64,000 nt of DNA from the NCBI GenBank assembly GCA_038874135.1, contig JAVZCZ010000001.1, forward strand, positions 256,001 to 320,000, read 5' to 3'. The DNA comes from Candidatus Woesearchaeota archaeon (GTDB lineage: Archaea > Nanobdellota > Nanobdellia > Woesearchaeales > 0-14-0-80-44-23). The notes under the pieces are model-generated. The model ran no database searches. It worked only from the letters and a program-made list of their open reading frames with translations, and was not told the DNA's origin. The translations under genes and the position numbers were made by a program. Below are positions 9,943 through 19,547 of this stretch, one piece after another (position 1 is the first letter of the stretch; each line of letters starts with the position of its first letter).

Positions 9943-10563
9943 TCAAGGCATCCTTCTAAGCTGCTTTATTAGATAGTTCTCAACCCTTTCCGCCCTATCA
10001 GGAGTTTTGCTCTGCTCAGCTTTTGATCCTGCATTCTCAGCTGGCTTTTCAGCTTTCTGCACAGATTCTGGTGTTGATGCTTCCTGCCCTGGTTCTAACT
10101 TCCTATCAAGATTTATTGGCTTTGGCTTCTCCTTCTCAAAATTAGAAATCTGCTTAGCCTGCTCTTTCAATGCAAGCTCCACCATAGACATTTGCTCTTC
10201 AGAAAGCTGCCTTGGCTGCCACTGAAAGTTAATGCCGTCTTCAGAATAGCGCGGGATTATGTGGATGAGAAGGTGTGCAGTGTCCTGCCCTGCAGCTTCG
10301 CCATTCTGAACGAGAATATTAGTGCCCTGAGCGTCCAAGGCAGAAAAAAGCACCGCGGAAATGCTATTAGCCACAACAAGAAGGTGTCCTGCAACATAAT
10401 CAGGAGTAGCTTCCAAGATAGGATAATGCTGCTTTGGAGCTAAAACTACATGCCCACGCGAAACGGGCCGCTCACTCAGAAAAGCCACTGCCATCTCATC
10501 TTCATAAATCTTAAAACTTCTAAACTTACCTGCAATCGCATCACAGACCATACAACTACTCAT
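9943..10563 (-). CDS. HIT-family protein, central triad His replaced by Leu
   Basis: CMVC, KIYEDE, GHVVLAPKQH, NGEAAGQ, HLLIHIIPR. Confidence 0.85.
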   Translation of the reverse strand: MSSCMVCDAIAGKFRSFKIYEDEMAVAFLSERPVSRGHVVLAPKQHYPILEATPDYVAGHLLVVANSISAVLFSALDAQGTNILVQNGEAAGQDTAHLLIHIIPRYSEDGINFQWQPRQLSEEQMSMVELALKEQAKQISNFEKEKPKPINLDRKLEPGQEASTPESVQKAEKPAENAGSKAEQSKTPDRAERVENYLIKQLRRMP

Positions 10564-11118
10564 CTAGGCACCCCTCTCTTTTCCAACTAGGACTAACTTC
10601 TTATCAAGATTAACAGGTTCAGAAGCCTTTCTGCCAAAAAGTTCTGAAAATTTCTGTACAATCAAAGACTGCACTCCTTCCAGCTCCTTCTCAGAAAACC
10701 CCTTTCCCTCCAGAGAGAAAGCAGAAATCCCATCCGAAGGCATCCTCGGAATTATGTGAATCATGAAGTGAGAAGCCTTCTGCCCAGCAGCAGTCCCATT
10801 AGCAATGAATATGTTCGTGCCCTTAACATTAAAAGCCCTTATCAGCGCATTTGAAAGATGCTTAGAAACCTCCATAAGATGATAAACAATTTCGGGTGGG
10901 ATTTGAGGAAGTATCGCATAGTGCTCCTTAGGAAAAAGGAGCAGATGCCCAGGATTAGCAGGATTAATATCCAAAATTGCCAATACTGAATCATCTTCAT
11001 AGACCTTCCTGGACTGAACTTGACCGGAGACTATGTGACAGAATATGCACTGCTGCTTCTGAATTCTAAGAATCTGTTCGGGACTCAACTTAGAAAGATC
11101 TCCCTCTGAAACTGCCAT
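10564..11118 (-). CDS. HIT-family protein, central triad His replaced by Met
   Basis: CIFC, KVYEDD, LDINPANPGHLL, NGTAAGQ, HFMIHIIPR. Confidence 0.85.
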   Translation of the reverse strand: MAVSEGDLSKLSPEQILRIQKQQCIFCHIVSGQVQSRKVYEDDSVLAILDINPANPGHLLLFPKEHYAILPQIPPEIVYHLMEVSKHLSNALIRAFNVKGTNIFIANGTAAGQKASHFMIHIIPRMPSDGISAFSLEGKGFSEKELEGVQSLIVQKFSELFGRKASEPVNLDKKLVLVGKERGA

Positions 11119-11163
11119 AAGAGATATTTAAAAAGTTGAGTTAATAAATCTTTCTTATGATAA

Positions 11164-12387
11164 TTATATTATTCCTCCACCACATATTTTATTATTTAAA
11201 ACTAGAACAAATCTGCCCATAGGTTGAACCTCTTCAAATTTGTCAAAGATTAGTGGTGAAGAAGTAGAAATTTTAACCTTGCATATTTCCAAAAAATTGA
11301 TTTTAGAATTATCATCCTTAATAATATGAAGGTCAGCTGAATCAATTTTTTCATAAATCTCAGTTATACTGCAATCCGTCTTTTGAGGACCTAGTCTTAA
11401 AAGTATTTTTTCATTGAGATTTAATGAAGTTTCAGATATCCAAAATATAGTTGCAGTTACTTCTTTCGAAATGATTGGCATTGCTCCATTACAAATTACA
11501 CATCCCCGATCAATTTTTGTTTTTGGTTCTATACTTATTCCTACACTTTCTCCACTATTTACTTCATACTTTTGTTTTAGAAATGAATGTATTTGACTTA
11601 CGCGTGTTTCAGTATTGTAAGGAACAATTATGACATTATCGCCAACTTTTAATCTGCCAGATTCTAATCTTCCAACTATTATTTGTTGGTTATCTATATC
11701 ATAAACATCTTGAACTACCATACGCACGCTTGGATTGCTTTCTTTCTTAGGTAAAATAAAACTATCCAAAGCTTCTGCTAAAGTATTGCCATCATACCAC
11801 GGCATATTCTCTGATTTTCTCACTATGTTATCCCCATCCCTAGCTGTTATTGGAATGATGCTCATCGGGGTTATTGTGATGTTATTCAGAAATTTGAGTA
11901 TTTCAGATTTCACTTCTTCAAATCTTTTTTTATCATAATTAACTAAATCCATCTTGTTTATTACCACAATAATTTGAGATATTCCTAAAAAGTTCAGGAG
12001 ATATGCGTGTCTTTTTGTTTGCTCTTTTACACCTTCCTTTGCATCGATTATTAGAATTCCTGCTTCGGCTTGAGAAGCTCCTGTGATCATATTTTTTATT
12101 AACTCTTTATGTCCCGGCGCATCAATTATTGTATATTTTCTATTTTTTGTTTTAAAAAACACTTGAGTTGTGTCCATAGTAAACTGGTATTCTATCTCCT
12201 CTTTCAAGCTATCTGCAATAAATGCAAATTCCATTTCCTGGCCTAGCTCTGAACAATTTCTTTTCAATTCCTTCAATTTATCTTCAGGAATGCTATTTGT
12301 ATCAAAAAGTAATCTTCCAATTAGAGTGGACTTACCGTGATCAACATGCCCAACTATAACCATGTTTATATTTGCACATTCTTCCAT
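11164..12387 (-). CDS. cysN: Sulfate adenylyltransferase GTPase subunit (no fused APS kinase)
   Basis: [27 protein letters not shown]; EF-Tu-like domains; same operon as cysD. Confidence 0.9.
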   Translation of the reverse strand: MEECANINMVIVGHVDHGKSTLIGRLLFDTNSIPEDKLKELKRNCSELGQEMEFAFIADSLKEEIEYQFTMDTTQVFFKTKNRKYTIIDAPGHKELIKNMITGASQAEAGILIIDAKEGVKEQTKRHAYLLNFLGISQIIVVINKMDLVNYDKKRFEEVKSEILKFLNNITITPMSIIPITARDGDNIVRKSENMPWYDGNTLAEALDSFILPKKESNPSVRMVVQDVYDIDNQQIIVGRLESGRLKVGDNVIIVPYNTETRVSQIHSFLKQKYEVNSGESVGISIEPKTKIDRGCVICNGAMPIISKEVTATIFWISETSLNLNEKILLRLGPQKTDCSITEIYEKIDSADLHIIKDDNSKINFLEICKVKISTSSPLIFDKFEEVQPMGRFVLVLNNKICGGGII

Positions 12388-13241
12388 TAATGAATCACCT
12401 TAATTAATAGTATAATCCCTTCAATAAGAGTTGCAGTTCCTATAAAATGAGTTAAAGTTTCAGTATTTGAATTTTTAACAGTTAAGGTTGCAAGAGGAAC
12501 CGCAATAATAGCTCCAATTAATAGGTACGGTAGTAAAATCCAATCAACTGATTTTTTCAGTATAAAATAAGTCGTGATCCCAACAAAACAGGTTAGTGCT
12601 TCAGCAAATGAAGTGATAGCCACCGCTTTTTTAGCATTTATCCCAGCAAATAGTTGACCACTAGTCACAAGTGGGCCATAACCTCCCCCGCTAACTCCTT
12701 TGTTAAAAGAAGCCATAGCACTTACTAAAATTAATTTTCTCCAAGAAAATTTGGTTACTCTATTTAGACGTATCAAGATTAATAAACTCATAAATATTAT
12801 CATAATGCTAATATAAAGGTTTAACCAAAATTGTGAAATCTTTATTGCAAAGATTATTGCAGCAATAGTTCCGAATATGCTGCATATTGAAAGTATTGCT
12901 GCAATTTTTAAATCTAAAGATATTTTTGACGATATATTGTTTTTATTGGTGCTTCTAATTTTTTTGTTAAAAATATGGATAATAAATTCAGGTATTTTCG
13001 AGTGAAAATCAACGTTTCCAAGTTTATGATGAAAATATGCAGCTAAAATTCCGGTTACAAACTCTGAGAGAAGAATAGCTGGAACGACTTGAAACGAATC
13101 AAATCCCATGAGTAATAAAATTGGAGCGAGCAGTGTACCATAACCCATTCCGATAGTTGAATCAAAAAATTCTGCTATGAATGCAAAAATTATTATTACT
13201 ACACCTAAAATTGGATAAAGTGTGAATGTCAAGCTGTACAC
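12387..13241 (-). CDS. TauE/SafE-family sulfite/sulfur-compound exporter
   Basis: DSTIGMGYG and GVSGGGYGP repeated Gly motifs, about 8 TM helices. Confidence 0.85.
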   Translation of the reverse strand: MYSLTFTLYPILGVVIIIFAFIAEFFDSTIGMGYGTLLAPILLLMGFDSFQVVPAILLSEFVTGILAAYFHHKLGNVDFHSKIPEFIIHIFNKKIRSTNKNNISSKISLDLKIAAILSICSIFGTIAAIIFAIKISQFWLNLYISIMIIFMSLLILIRLNRVTKFSWRKLILVSAMASFNKGVSGGGYGPLVTSGQLFAGINAKKAVAITSFAEALTCFVGITTYFILKKSVDWILLPYLLIGAIIAVPLATLTVKNSNTETLTHFIGTATLIEGIILLIKVIH

Positions 13242-13242
13242 C

Positions 13243-14043
13243 TCACATGTATCCTAAGCTCCTAAGTTTTTGCATCATGTAGCTCTTTTCTTTATCTTGT
13301 GAACGACCAGACCTTTCGGCTATTTTTGTTATTTCAAGTTCTTTAACTATTTCTTCAACATTAGAAGCGTTAGATTCAACAGGGAGACAACAGGGAGCGC
13401 AGCCTATACTGCGGTAACGTTTACCATCTTTTGCAAAGTAAAGTGGTACAATTGGAATATTTTCCCTTTGTATATACCGCCATATATCCAGCTCAGTCCA
13501 GTGAAGTAGAGGATGAACTCTTATATGATTTTCGTTATCATATAAGGTGTTGTACTGATCCCAAAGCTCAGCAGGCTGGTGTTTATAGTCCCAATTGAAG
13601 TTTTCATCTCTTGGCGAAAAATATCTTTCTTTAGCTCTTATTCCGTGCTCATCTCTTCTTATACCAAGGAGTATTGCTCTGAATTTGTATTTTTCTATTG
13701 TTTGTTTAAGTGCTTCTGTTTTAAGTGCAGTACAACATTCAAATCTACCTTTTTCAGGTCCTATTCCGTTTTTAATTGCTTCTTCATTCTTGCTTACTAT
13801 TAGATTGAGATTCCATTTTTCAGCATACTCGTCTCTAAATTTATATATCTCAGGAATTTTATAGGTTGTATCAATGTGTATAATAGGAAAAGGAATTTTT
13901 CCAAAAAAAGCTTTTCTCGCCATCCACAACAAACTGGTGGAATCTTTACCTATACTCCACAAAAGAGCTATATTTCTAAATTCAGAATATGCTTCTCTTA
14001 TTATATATATCGTCTTATTTTCTAAATACTCTAAGTAATCCAA
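13243..14043 (-). CDS. cysD: Sulfate adenylyltransferase subunit 2
   Basis: WSIGKDS, HIDT, GIRRDE...RAKERYFS, RVHPLLHWTELDIW, RYRSIGC, LRSLGYM. Confidence 0.95.
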   Translation of the reverse strand: MDYLEYLENKTIYIIREAYSEFRNIALLWSIGKDSTSLLWMARKAFFGKIPFPIIHIDTTYKIPEIYKFRDEYAEKWNLNLIVSKNEEAIKNGIGPEKGRFECCTALKTEALKQTIEKYKFRAILLGIRRDEHGIRAKERYFSPRDENFNWDYKHQPAELWDQYNTLYDNENHIRVHPLLHWTELDIWRYIQRENIPIVPLYFAKDGKRYRSIGCAPCCLPVESNASNVEEIVKELEITKIAERSGRSQDKEKSYMMQKLRSLGYM

Positions 14044-14085
14044 TTTAATATCCTCCTTCTAACATTTATTTTTAATTTTCAAAAG

Positions 14086-16032
14086 TTATTGCAATAAACT
14101 TTTTCCTTCAAAGGATTGAGAGTAGTTAATTTTTAATATATCCAATATTGTAGGGGCTATATCAATTAAGGAGGGATTCTTTTTATTAATCGGAAAATTT
14201 GTGAAAAGTACTCCTGGAACCTCGCTATAATCTACAATATGATCTCCATTCCATAGTTTAGTATTATCCATGATAACTTCAGAAGTAAAACCTCCAATAA
14301 CGCTTTGCCAAGCCATACGATAACCTGGCTCAAATCCTATTAATATATCTGGAGAATCAAATACATAATCGCCGGAGTATATATCAGTAGATTTGTAAAC
14401 TTTTTTTATGATCGTTCTATTTGTTTTAGGATCTTTGAAATCTTTTAATCGCATAATTATCTCATCAATGAGAATTTCTTTATTCTCGGGATCAACAATT
14501 CCGTTTTTTTCTCTTCCTTTAAGGTTTAAGTAAATTCCTGAAAAACCTACAGAATAAGCTTGAGTTTTATTCCAATCCACATATTTGAAAAGTTCACCTG
14601 CATCATTCTCACTGATATTTTTTTTCAAAGTCAAAAACCCATTTCTCATAAGCCACGTATTTATATTAACAGCTCTTTCAAAACTAGTAAATCCGTGGTC
14701 TGAGAATATTATAAGCGCAGTATTATTATCGATACTATCTAACACTTTTCCAATTAGTTCATCTTTCTGCGTATAATAGTTTATAATTGCTTCATTAATT
14801 AAAAAATCTTTCGAGAAATTAAAAATATTTTTATCATCCCAATTGACATGTTGAAGCCTATCCCCCGCGTCAAAACCAAAAGCTAGCACGCCAGAATCTC
14901 TTTGTTTAAACTTATTAAACTCATAAAAAAACATTTTAGTTCTTTCAGATTCAATCTGGTTTATTTGATCTAAAAAAACTTTTCTCGGTATTGCATAATC
15001 ATTAAGTGCATTAGTATCCTCTGGCATTCCGAGAGTATAAAATAATCCAATTTCTCTCGAAAGTTTATAAGAGTAGTCCCTCGGATAGGATATATCAACT
15101 AGCGTTCTTTCAGGATTAAACTGAATTGAAGTCATATACAAACGAAAGTTCGGCTCTATTGATAAAAGATACACTTTAGTTATTGCAGATACCTGTTTTA
15201 AAAAACCCACATTGAAATCAATTTTTATCCAATCGCTCCATTCATTCACTTTAACCTCATACTTTTGAGCATCTAAAAAGATGGTGATGTTATTCTTGTC
15301 TAAGACAATTTTAATTGACTTTTCAATAGGTTTCATATTAGATGATAGAGGTCCTTTGATTACAGAATTAATTATCCCGTTACTCATCGACACATGGATT
15401 ATGTGGGGTGAGCTGTTTTCGGATAAATCCGAAGCATAGAGATAGTATCCGCTTTCAAAACCTCTTATATCAGGAACACCAAGACCAGAAAGCATTACAC
15501 CGTTGATTTTCTCAGGAGGAAAAGTTGCTGGCCACCTTATCACATCAGTAGGTACTCCTGCATCCGAAGTGATCTTCCAAAATGGAACACTTTTTATAGG
15601 ACTTTCGAAGATAAGACCATTTTTAAATTTTTGTTTTGTAATTGATATTTCAGGCAGATAAGTGTTTGGATCTCTTATTATAAAATCTATAACGCCATGT
15701 TTTCCTGGATTTACTCCTGTAGCAGCAGTTGTCCAAGCTACTGGAGTCTCAGGAGGGATAGTAGTTTCAAGTGCAGAAAAACTTCCAAGCTTTGATAATC
15801 GTAAAAAGTTAGGAAGCTTACCTTCTCTCATAAGCTCATTAACTATTTTATAATCCATTGCATCAATCCCAATTATAAGAACTTTAGTATAATTGCCAGC
15901 CATTGAACCACTTTTATTTTTTTTTTCAAAAAAAATTGGATTTTTTAATGTTAAAAATAAAATCAAGCAGGAAATAATAAGTAATAAGAATATAAATATT
16001 TTGATTGTCTGAATACCACTCACTTTTAACAT
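14086..16032 (-). CDS. Alkaline phosphatase superfamily (type I phosphodiesterase/NPP-like) membrane-anchored protein
   Basis: IGIDAMD, TIPPETPVAWTTAATGVNPGKHG, DRLQH, SDHGF, GDH, DIAPTIL. Confidence 0.85.
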   Translation of the reverse strand: MLKVSGIQTIKIFIFLLLIISCLILFLTLKNPIFFEKKNKSGSMAGNYTKVLIIGIDAMDYKIVNELMREGKLPNFLRLSKLGSFSALETTIPPETPVAWTTAATGVNPGKHGVIDFIIRDPNTYLPEISITKQKFKNGLIFESPIKSVPFWKITSDAGVPTDVIRWPATFPPEKINGVMLSGLGVPDIRGFESGYYLYASDLSENSSPHIIHVSMSNGIINSVIKGPLSSNMKPIEKSIKIVLDKNNITIFLDAQKYEVKVNEWSDWIKIDFNVGFLKQVSAITKVYLLSIEPNFRLYMTSIQFNPERTLVDISYPRDYSYKLSREIGLFYTLGMPEDTNALNDYAIPRKVFLDQINQIESERTKMFFYEFNKFKQRDSGVLAFGFDAGDRLQHVNWDDKNIFNFSKDFLINEAIINYYTQKDELIGKVLDSIDNNTALIIFSDHGFTSFERAVNINTWLMRNGFLTLKKNISENDAGELFKYVDWNKTQAYSVGFSGIYLNLKGREKNGIVDPENKEILIDEIIMRLKDFKDPKTNRTIIKKVYKSTDIYSGDYVFDSPDILIGFEPGYRMAWQSVIGGFTSEVIMDNTKLWNGDHIVDYSEVPGVLFTNFPINKKNPSLIDIAPTILDILKINYSQSFEGKSLLQ

Positions 16033-16035
16033 TCT

Positions 16036-16275
16036 TTAATCACCATTCTGCATCTTTAAACTCTTGATCCAACGCCATAATTTTAGTATTACTTTTTTCA
16101 TTGGCCTAAACAAGATTTTTATAAAGAAACCAGCAATTACTGAAAAAATAAATAGTAGATAAGGCCAGATTGAACCTACAACTATTCCTCCAGTTCCAGG
16201 ATCAATATAAGCTGAAACTGACGGAAGCAATAGTAAAAAAGTCAATAAGTAAATTAACTCATCAGTAATTCTCAT
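16036..16275 (-). CDS. Small membrane protein with AYIDPGTG motif
   Basis: Signal-like N-terminus, AYIDPGTGG, TM helix, basic tail; first gene of the cys operon. Confidence 0.75.
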   Translation of the reverse strand: MRITDELIYLLTFLLLLPSVSAYIDPGTGGIVVGSIWPYLLFIFSVIAGFFIKILFRPMKKVILKLWRWIKSLKMQNGD

Positions 16276-16551
16276 AACTTCACACTAATAAAAAATGGGT
16301 ATATAAAGATTGCTAGATCAGATATAAAGATTTAAAAAATAACAGTAAATTTAAACCAGATGAAATATTTCAGTATTTAATAAGCAGAATTCATAATCTT
16401 TAAAAATGGAACAAGTATTTTAGAAGATAGTTAATGCTTAAGTAAATTTAAAATACAAAGTGAATAATTTTTACAAGTAAAATAAAGGTTTGTTTATTGA
16501 ATTAAAAATGATAGCAATAACTAAAAAAAGAACAAATTAAAGTGGTTTCCT

Positions 16552-18048
16552 ATGAAGTTTAAAAGAGAAATTTTTATGTCTATTTTAATTTTGACAATTG
16601 GAATTAGCTTAACATTACCTTTTATTATAAGAAAAATGGTGTTGAATAATAGTACTACTCCTTGTGAAAATTGTAATGTTATCTTAATTACGTTTGATAC
16701 TTTGAGAGCTGATCATCTGGGAGTATATGGCTATACCAGGAATACTTCTCCAAATATTGATAAATTGGCTAAAAGATCTTACGTCTTTACAAATGCATTG
16801 AGTCAAGCGGGAGAAACACGTTTGTCAGTGCCATCATTTATAACCTCTAAGCTTCCTTTGAGCGACAATATATTAGACCTTAAATATAATAATTATGTGT
16901 ATATAAGCAGTTTACACCAAAATGAAACAACAATTGCGGAAATCTTATCAGAGAATAATTATAATACATATGCTGTGATGGGATATTCTGTAATGCTGAA
17001 TCCTAAAACAGGTGTCGCACAGGGTTTTAAAGATTTTGAATATGACTGCAGTAACAATCCTCACACATATAACATATGTCCACCAGATTGGGTTACGTTA
17101 AAAGCAATAAAAATATTAGAACAGAACATTACAAATAAACCATTTTTTTTATGGGTATATTATTTTCAACCACACGCGCCTTATAATCCGCCTTTAAGAA
17201 TATTCCAGAAATTCAGTAGTAATCAGGAATACTCAGATAAAGATCAAAATTTACCTGTGAATTATGATAAAAAGATAGGAATGCTATTGGAAGAAAATGC
17301 ATCAAAGAAGAAAAATTCACCGATTTACTTTCTTTCTGGTGCCGGAGAGTTTAAGTATCTTCATCTGAATGAAAGTGACATTCAATGGTTTATAAATGCT
17401 TACGATGGAAATATAAATTATGCAGACGAACAATTCGGGAGACTATTAATGTACTTAGAAGAATCAGGCTTGTTAAACAATACAATAATAATTATAAATT
17501 CGGATCACGGGGAAATGCTTGGAGATAACTATAACATTGGACATGGAGGATTAAAATATAGTGTATTGCATGTGCCTATAATAGTTTATGTCCCTGGGAG
17601 GAAAGGTGGAAAGATAGCTGAGCCCGTTACAAACGCAGATATAATGCCTACAATTCTAAGTTTGTTAGAAATAAAAACTGATCTAAAAATGATAGGAAAA
17701 AATTTATTTGAAATTAAAGAAAAAAGAGTGCAAATAGCTGAAGCGCCTAATTCTTTCACTGTAGTATATAAAAATTGGAAAATTTTATCATACTACTCTT
17801 CATTTAATGAAATAGAAGAAAACTGCAGTAAAAATGATCGCGTGTTTGATATACTAAAAGACCCACAAGAAAAAAATGGAAAATGGCAAAATGATGAACA
17901 AAAAGAAATAATTTGTAACACCTTAAAAAAAGAATATTTTAAGATAATAACAAACAGAAATGAACAAGTGGAAGTGACAGACGATACAAGCATAAATCTT
18001 GACACCGCTACCATAGAAAAATTAAAATCATTAGGATATGCCAATTAG
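16552..18048 (+). CDS. Sulfatase-fold protein lacking the canonical C/S-x-P-x-R motif
   Basis: NVILITFDTLRADHLG, PHAPY, YDGNINYAD, SDHGE, LKSLGY; nucleophile region reads AGETRLSVPSFITS. Confidence 0.85.
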   Translation: MKFKREIFMSILILTIGISLTLPFIIRKMVLNNSTTPCENCNVILITFDTLRADHLGVYGYTRNTSPNIDKLAKRSYVFTNALSQAGETRLSVPSFITSKLPLSDNILDLKYNNYVYISSLHQNETTIAEILSENNYNTYAVMGYSVMLNPKTGVAQGFKDFEYDCSNNPHTYNICPPDWVTLKAIKILEQNITNKPFFLWVYYFQPHAPYNPPLRIFQKFSSNQEYSDKDQNLPVNYDKKIGMLLEENASKKKNSPIYFLSGAGEFKYLHLNESDIQWFINAYDGNINYADEQFGRLLMYLEESGLLNNTIIIINSDHGEMLGDNYNIGHGGLKYSVLHVPIIVYVPGRKGGKIAEPVTNADIMPTILSLLEIKTDLKMIGKNLFEIKEKRVQIAEAPNSFTVVYKNWKILSYYSSFNEIEENCSKNDRVFDILKDPQEKNGKWQNDEQKEIICNTLKKEYFKIITNRNEQVEVTDDTSINLDTATIEKLKSLGYAN

Positions 18049-18160
18049 AATATAATAAAAAAAATCTAAGATTTTAAGTTACCTGTGAAGTAGTAGGTTT
18101 AATTACAAATACAGGAAAATCGCAATAGCATTATAAGCTAAAAACTTTTTCAACTCAAAA

Positions 18161-19534
18161 ATGAAAATTTTACTACTCAACCCGGAGAGTTCCAGCAGGG
18201 AATTCAGAGATCCTCTACTATTAAGATGCGGAGGCGTTGAAAAAAAAGCACCATACCTATTACCTCCGATAGGTCTAGTATATTTAGCATCTTTGCTCTC
18301 ACATAATTTTTATGTTGAGATAGTTGACCGGGCAATCCAAAAAAAGAGTTTAGGATATATAAAAAATTTTGATTGCATAATCGTGAATGTCGGTTTGTCC
18401 AGCATCAATGAAGATTTGAAGTTTTGCCGAAAATTAAAAACAAAAAAGAATGTGATTGGCTTATGCGGCGGCGCACCTGCTTATTTTTCAAAAGAGGTAA
18501 TGAGTAAAGAAAAAGAAATAGACTTTATAATATTAAATGTAACGCCAGAACTTGTGAAGATATCTAAAGAAAACATAAAATCCAAAAACTTTGAAGGTGT
18601 GGAAAATGTTTGTTACCGAAAAAATAGAGAAGTAATAACAAATAGAATAGTTCCTCTCAGAAATATCAACAAGTTACCATCTCCACGCTATGAACTTCTA
18701 CCTAAAGGGTATTATGACATACTTGCAAAAGGCAAAAAAATTGCCGCAATTATTACAAGTCTTGGCTGTCCTTTTTCTTGCAATTTCTGTTCAGCAAATA
18801 CCGGCAAAAATTATTCTGAAAGAAATCTTAAAATACTTTTTTCTGAAATTGACACTTTATGCAAAAATTATGAGGACATAATCTTTTGGGATGATAATTT
18901 CACTGCTAATAAGAAGAGATGTGAAAAAATATGCGATTATCTAAAAACTAAAAAAATTAATTTCAGGTGTCTTTCACGAGCAGATGGGATTGATTATGAA
19001 CTTTTGAAAAATATGAAAGAAGCAGGATGCTATCAAATACAATTCGGAATTGAATCCGGTTCAGAGAGAATGCTCTCATTAATGAATAAACGCTTAAATC
19101 TTTTCAAAGCAAAGAAAACGCTTAAAGCGTGCGATATGTTAGGAATTGAAACAGTAGCATTTTTCATAATTGGCTATCCCGGAGAAGATAAAAGTGACAT
19201 AGAAAAAACAGTGAAGTTTATTAAAGATACTAATCCTGATTTTATTTCAATAAATAATTATATTAAAATGCCCGGCTCAACTGACCAACCTAAAAAAATT
19301 TCAGAAATCAAAAATGTGAAAAAATATAATGAAACTATTATTAACAAAATTTATCATGAATATTATTTCAATTTAAGTTATGTTGCAGCACGAACTGAAA
19401 AGTTAATAAGACATTTAGATTATGCTTCATTATTCCTGAAACAAAATATAAAATTCTGGTTATTAAAAGAGGGAAAGTTGTGGAAAGCAATAAGAAAGTA
19501 TAAAAAAATAAAAAGAGGATATATTAGCAAATAA
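18161..19534 (+). CDS. Cobalamin-binding radical SAM protein
   Basis: PPIGLVYLAS, SLGCPFSCNFC, WDDNF, FGIESGS, IIGYPGE. Confidence 0.9.
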   Translation: MKILLLNPESSSREFRDPLLLRCGGVEKKAPYLLPPIGLVYLASLLSHNFYVEIVDRAIQKKSLGYIKNFDCIIVNVGLSSINEDLKFCRKLKTKKNVIGLCGGAPAYFSKEVMSKEKEIDFIILNVTPELVKISKENIKSKNFEGVENVCYRKNREVITNRIVPLRNINKLPSPRYELLPKGYYDILAKGKKIAAIITSLGCPFSCNFCSANTGKNYSERNLKILFSEIDTLCKNYEDIIFWDDNFTANKKRCEKICDYLKTKKINFRCLSRADGIDYELLKNMKEAGCYQIQFGIESGSERMLSLMNKRLNLFKAKKTLKACDMLGIETVAFFIIGYPGEDKSDIEKTVKFIKDTNPDFISINNYIKMPGSTDQPKKISEIKNVKKYNETIINKIYHEYYFNLSYVAARTEKLIRHLDYASLFLKQNIKFWLLKEGKLWKAIRKYKKIKRGYISK

Positions 19535-19547
19535 AGAGGATTGTTAA

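Noticed and set aside
11164-12387. EF-1alpha/EF-Tu
   Set aside because: Operonic with cysD and tauE, and carries CysN-type motifs rather than those of a translation factor
16276-16551. AT-rich intergenic gap (also 21141-21376) as possible ncRNA or precursor ORF
   Set aside because: No convincing ORF, repeat or stable stem seen; consistent with promoter regions
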